Source: an uncultured Gammaproteobacteria bacterium (lineage in GTDB: Bacteria; Patescibacteriota; Microgenomatia; UBA1406). From it: DNA of 64,000 nt. The DNA lies in assembly GCA_964414145.1 (NCBI GenBank), contig CAYPVH010000001.1, positions 82,816 through 146,815 on the forward strand. Reading direction: 5' to 3'. A program made the translations under genes and the position numbers. Positions within the stretch are counted from its first letter, which is position 1, and each line of letters begins with the position of its first letter. Below are positions 63,324 through 64,000 of the stretch, in pieces. The notes under the pieces were generated by a model. It was not told the origin of the DNA and did not search any database. It was given only the letters and a program-made list of their open reading frames with translations.

Positions 63324-63614
63324 ATGACCCGACCAGAAAAGCCAAGAAGAATAGACTTTGATCCCAAAGTTTTATACTTTAAACCAAGGGGTATACCCCT
63401 AAGCAATATTGAAGAAGTTGAACTTAAACGGGACGAAGTAGAAGCGCTCCGACTTCACGACTTAAATGGTTTTGATCAAACCGTGTCTGGTAAAAAAATG
63501 AATGTGTCACAACCAACCTTCGCCAGAATCCTAAATCGAGCCTATAAGAAATTAGCGATTGCCATATTGAAGGGGCAGGCAATTAAAATTAAAAATGAAC
63601 CAACCAACAAATGA
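63324..63614 (+). CDS. DUF134 (UPF0251) DNA-binding protein
   Basis: YFKPRGIPL...EVEALRLHDLNG..Q...A..MNVSQPTFARIL. Confidence 0.85.
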   Translation: MTRPEKPRRIDFDPKVLYFKPRGIPLSNIEEVELKRDEVEALRLHDLNGFDQTVSGKKMNVSQPTFARILNRAYKKLAIAILKGQAIKIKNEPTNK

Positions 63615-64000
63615 TAAGGTTTTTTTCAAAAACAGTTTTTGTTGTGTTTTTATTGCTAACTCTTTTTTCAAATATTGCAAAAGCTTCTGAAAAAGAAGTT
63701 AATCTTTATTTTTTTTGGTCAAGTGGTTGTCCACACTGCGCTACTGAAAAATTGTTTCTTAATAGACTAGAACAGAAATACAAAAATTTAAACATAAAAT
63801 CATACGAGGTTTCTCAAAGTGCAGAAAACGCCAAAATTCTGTTAAAAACCGGTCAAGTATTGTCGGCTAATGTTAGCGGTGTTCCTTTTACCGTTATTGG
63901 CAATAAATACTTTACCGGTTACCTAAGCGACGATACCACCGGTCAAGAAATAGAAAAATCTATAGTAAGTTCAATTAAGGGTAAAAATCCAGAATTTCTA
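63611..64000 (+). CDS. partial: secreted thioredoxin-fold protein (CPHC active site), runs off window end
   Basis: The ATG overlaps the preceding stop (ATGA). Signal peptide MIRFFSKTVFVVFLLLTLFSNIAKA, then YFFWSSGCPHCATEKLFL. This ORF is not in the supplied track. Confidence 0.7.
   Translation, partial: MIRFFSKTVFVVFLLLTLFSNIAKASEKEVNLYFFWSSGCPHCATEKLFLNRLEQKYKNLNIKSYEVSQSAENAKILLKTGQVLSANVSGVPFTVIGNKYFTGYLSDDTTGQEIEKSIVSSIKGKNPEFL

Noticed and set aside
1-64000. Alternative genetic code (UGA recoding, as in some CPR lineages)
   Set aside because: Conserved-domain genes end at TGA, TAA or TAG where expected (for example the ATGA overlap at 63611-63614). No gene needs in-frame TGA read-through, so the standard bacterial code fits.

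Overview
Low-GC bacterial window, roughly one-third G+C by eye. It is densely packed with about 85 short CDSs, many of them membrane-anchored or orphan, and reads cleanly in the standard genetic code. The gene content suggests an uncultivated small-genome bacterium (CPR/Patescibacteria-like), but that is inference only. No rRNA, CRISPR array or transposase was seen.

Housekeeping and accessory genes: three NUDIX hydrolases, two GNATs, two EamA transporters, two alpha/beta hydrolases, and a MacA/MacB-like efflux trio. Also MltG, TspO, an RRM protein, a two-component system, a Fic protein, an Amidase_3 and an inositol monophosphatase.

Main points:
1. A tRNA-Asn(GUU) gene (35630-35950, minus) is split in its anticodon by a 246-nt ORF-less group I (IC3-like) intron.
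2. A roughly 10-kb integrated element (about 25.7-35.7 kb) abuts that tRNA.
   - Mobility and replication: a large serine recombinase whose ORF runs antisense through the tRNA 3' exon, a filamentous-phage gpII-like rolling-circle Rep, a SpoVG-like gene and an excisionase-type HTH.
   - Defence cargo: a type II R-M pair, and a two-gene candidate defence operon made of an AlbA_2/Schlafen-like protein plus a DUF4263/Shedu-like nuclease.
3. Two small free-standing GIY-YIG genes are associated with GC-rich hairpin repeats. One is bracketed by a perfect 18-bp inverted repeat directly upstream of the intron-bearing tRNA.
4. A 69% GC islet carries a frameshifted small secreted-protein gene.
5. A pervasive TATAAT-N6-9-ATG geometry implies leaderless mRNAs.
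6. A 292-bp SemiSWEET duplication brackets a 5.7-kb surface-protein cassette.
7. There are several orphan enzyme pairs, including radical-SAM-like proteins with CX4CX2C spacing.

All family names come from motif recognition by eye and need HMM confirmation.
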